16,623 nt of DNA from Pseudomonadota bacterium (lineage in GTDB: Bacteria > Bdellovibrionota_B > Oligoflexia > Oligoflexales > CAIYRB01): positions 1-16,623 of the forward strand of contig JANOTL010000144.1 in assembly GCA_031416315.1 (NCBI GenBank), in the 5' to 3' direction. Under the pieces are notes generated by a model. It was not told the DNA's origin. It saw nothing but the letters and a program-made list of their open reading frames with translations, and made no database searches. The position numbers and the translations under genes were made by a program. This document shows, in pieces, positions 16,116 to 16,623 of the stretch. Each line of letters starts with the position of its first letter. Positions within the stretch are counted from its first letter, which is position 1.

Positions 16116-16324
16116 TTTGGTTTGGGCGGGGGTCGGATCGATGCCGGCTGCTGCCGCTGGTTCGGCGGGGTGGCGCTCGCGTGTGGTGGTCGCTGCTGCT
16201 GACCTTTTTTTGCGATCGACCTCAGCACGCGTCCAGCCTGCGAGCGCCCTGGTCATTTTTATAAGCACTCGTACAACATGCGTTTTTTTCGAAAATGAAC
16301 GCGTGGGTCCTTATGCGGCCGCCA

Positions 16325-16421
16325 TCCGAAACCGATAGCCGCGACCCGCGATCCGACGCCGGATCCGGCTCCCGATGCGGTCTCCGGCGAAGGATCGCGG
16401 GTCGCGGCTATCGGTTTCGGA
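16325..16421. repeat. Long hairpin: perfect 30-bp inverted repeat with structured 37-nt interior
   Basis: TCCGAAACCGATAGCCGCGACCCGCGATCC (16325-16354) is the exact reverse complement of 16392-16421; inner stem CGCCGGA (16357-16363) / TCCGGCG (16383-16389). Confidence 0.95.
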
Positions 16422-16447
16422 AGTCGGCTGTATGCCAACCACCCCGT

Positions 16448-16623
16448 TCAATCCGGAATCACGAACCGTGACTTCGAAGCGACGCGTCCCTCACGGATCC
16501 AGCCCCGGATGGCCACGGCGCGGCGCCCCTCGACCGCCCGGAGATCGCGAATGAGGCGATACCGAAGATCCTCGCCGGGCAACTCGCGGGCGATGCGGCG
16601 CGCCAGGGCTGGCGGCGTCTGCG
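16448..16623 (-). CDS. 3' end of an unidentified gene entering from the right edge
   Basis: Open minus-strand frame ...QTPPALARRIARELPGEDLRYRLIRDLRAVEGRRAVAIRGWIREGRVASKSRFVIPD* with protein-like composition and mostly G/C-ending codons; TGA at 16450-16448. Confidence 0.6.
   Translation of the reverse strand, partial: QTPPALARRIARELPGEDLRYRLIRDLRAVEGRRAVAIRGWIREGRVASKSRFVIPD

Noticed and set aside
15603..16338. ORFs 15603-16268 (-) and 16117-16338 (+)
   Set aside because: The first is antisense to a convincing lipoprotein; the second has a TTG start without a ribosome binding site and runs through hairpin DNA.
16116..16447. Possible CRISPR array, tRNA, SRP RNA, 6S RNA or retron msr-msd
   Set aside because: Repeats are inverted rather than direct with spacers; no cloverleaf or SRP loop motif seen; no cas or reverse transcriptase gene in the window. 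6S cannot be fully excluded without a covariance search.

Overview
High-GC bacterial chromosomal window. The gene style (many orphan lipoproteins, a VWA lipoprotein, an AHDxRKP-type hybrid kinase) is reminiscent of Bdellovibrionota/Oligoflexia or related 'deltaproteobacteria'; this is inference only. The left half is a minus-strand housekeeping run: lipoprotein, three-gene biotin-dependent acyl-CoA carboxylase (carboxyltransferase, biotin carboxylase, biotin carrier), pgpA, an EEP-family membrane protein, a tiny lipoprotein and the 5' part of ndk (absent from the ORF track). The middle holds a small membrane protein, a VWA lipoprotein, an FMN reductase / small membrane protein / HTTM-like trio, and a coiled-coil protein coupled to trmH. 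The right part has a hybrid histidine kinase convergent with a 7TM PP2C/SpoIIE phosphatase, a Cys-repeat lipoprotein, a hairpin-rich ~330 nt intergenic region with a perfect 30-bp inverted repeat, and the 3' end of a further minus-strand gene. I found no rRNA, tRNA, CRISPR array or transposase, and no clearly new multi-gene system can be proven from sequence alone. The best leads are the long hairpin region, the degenerate HTTM pair, the Cys-repeat lipoprotein and a 10-codon bridging ORF in front of pgpA.
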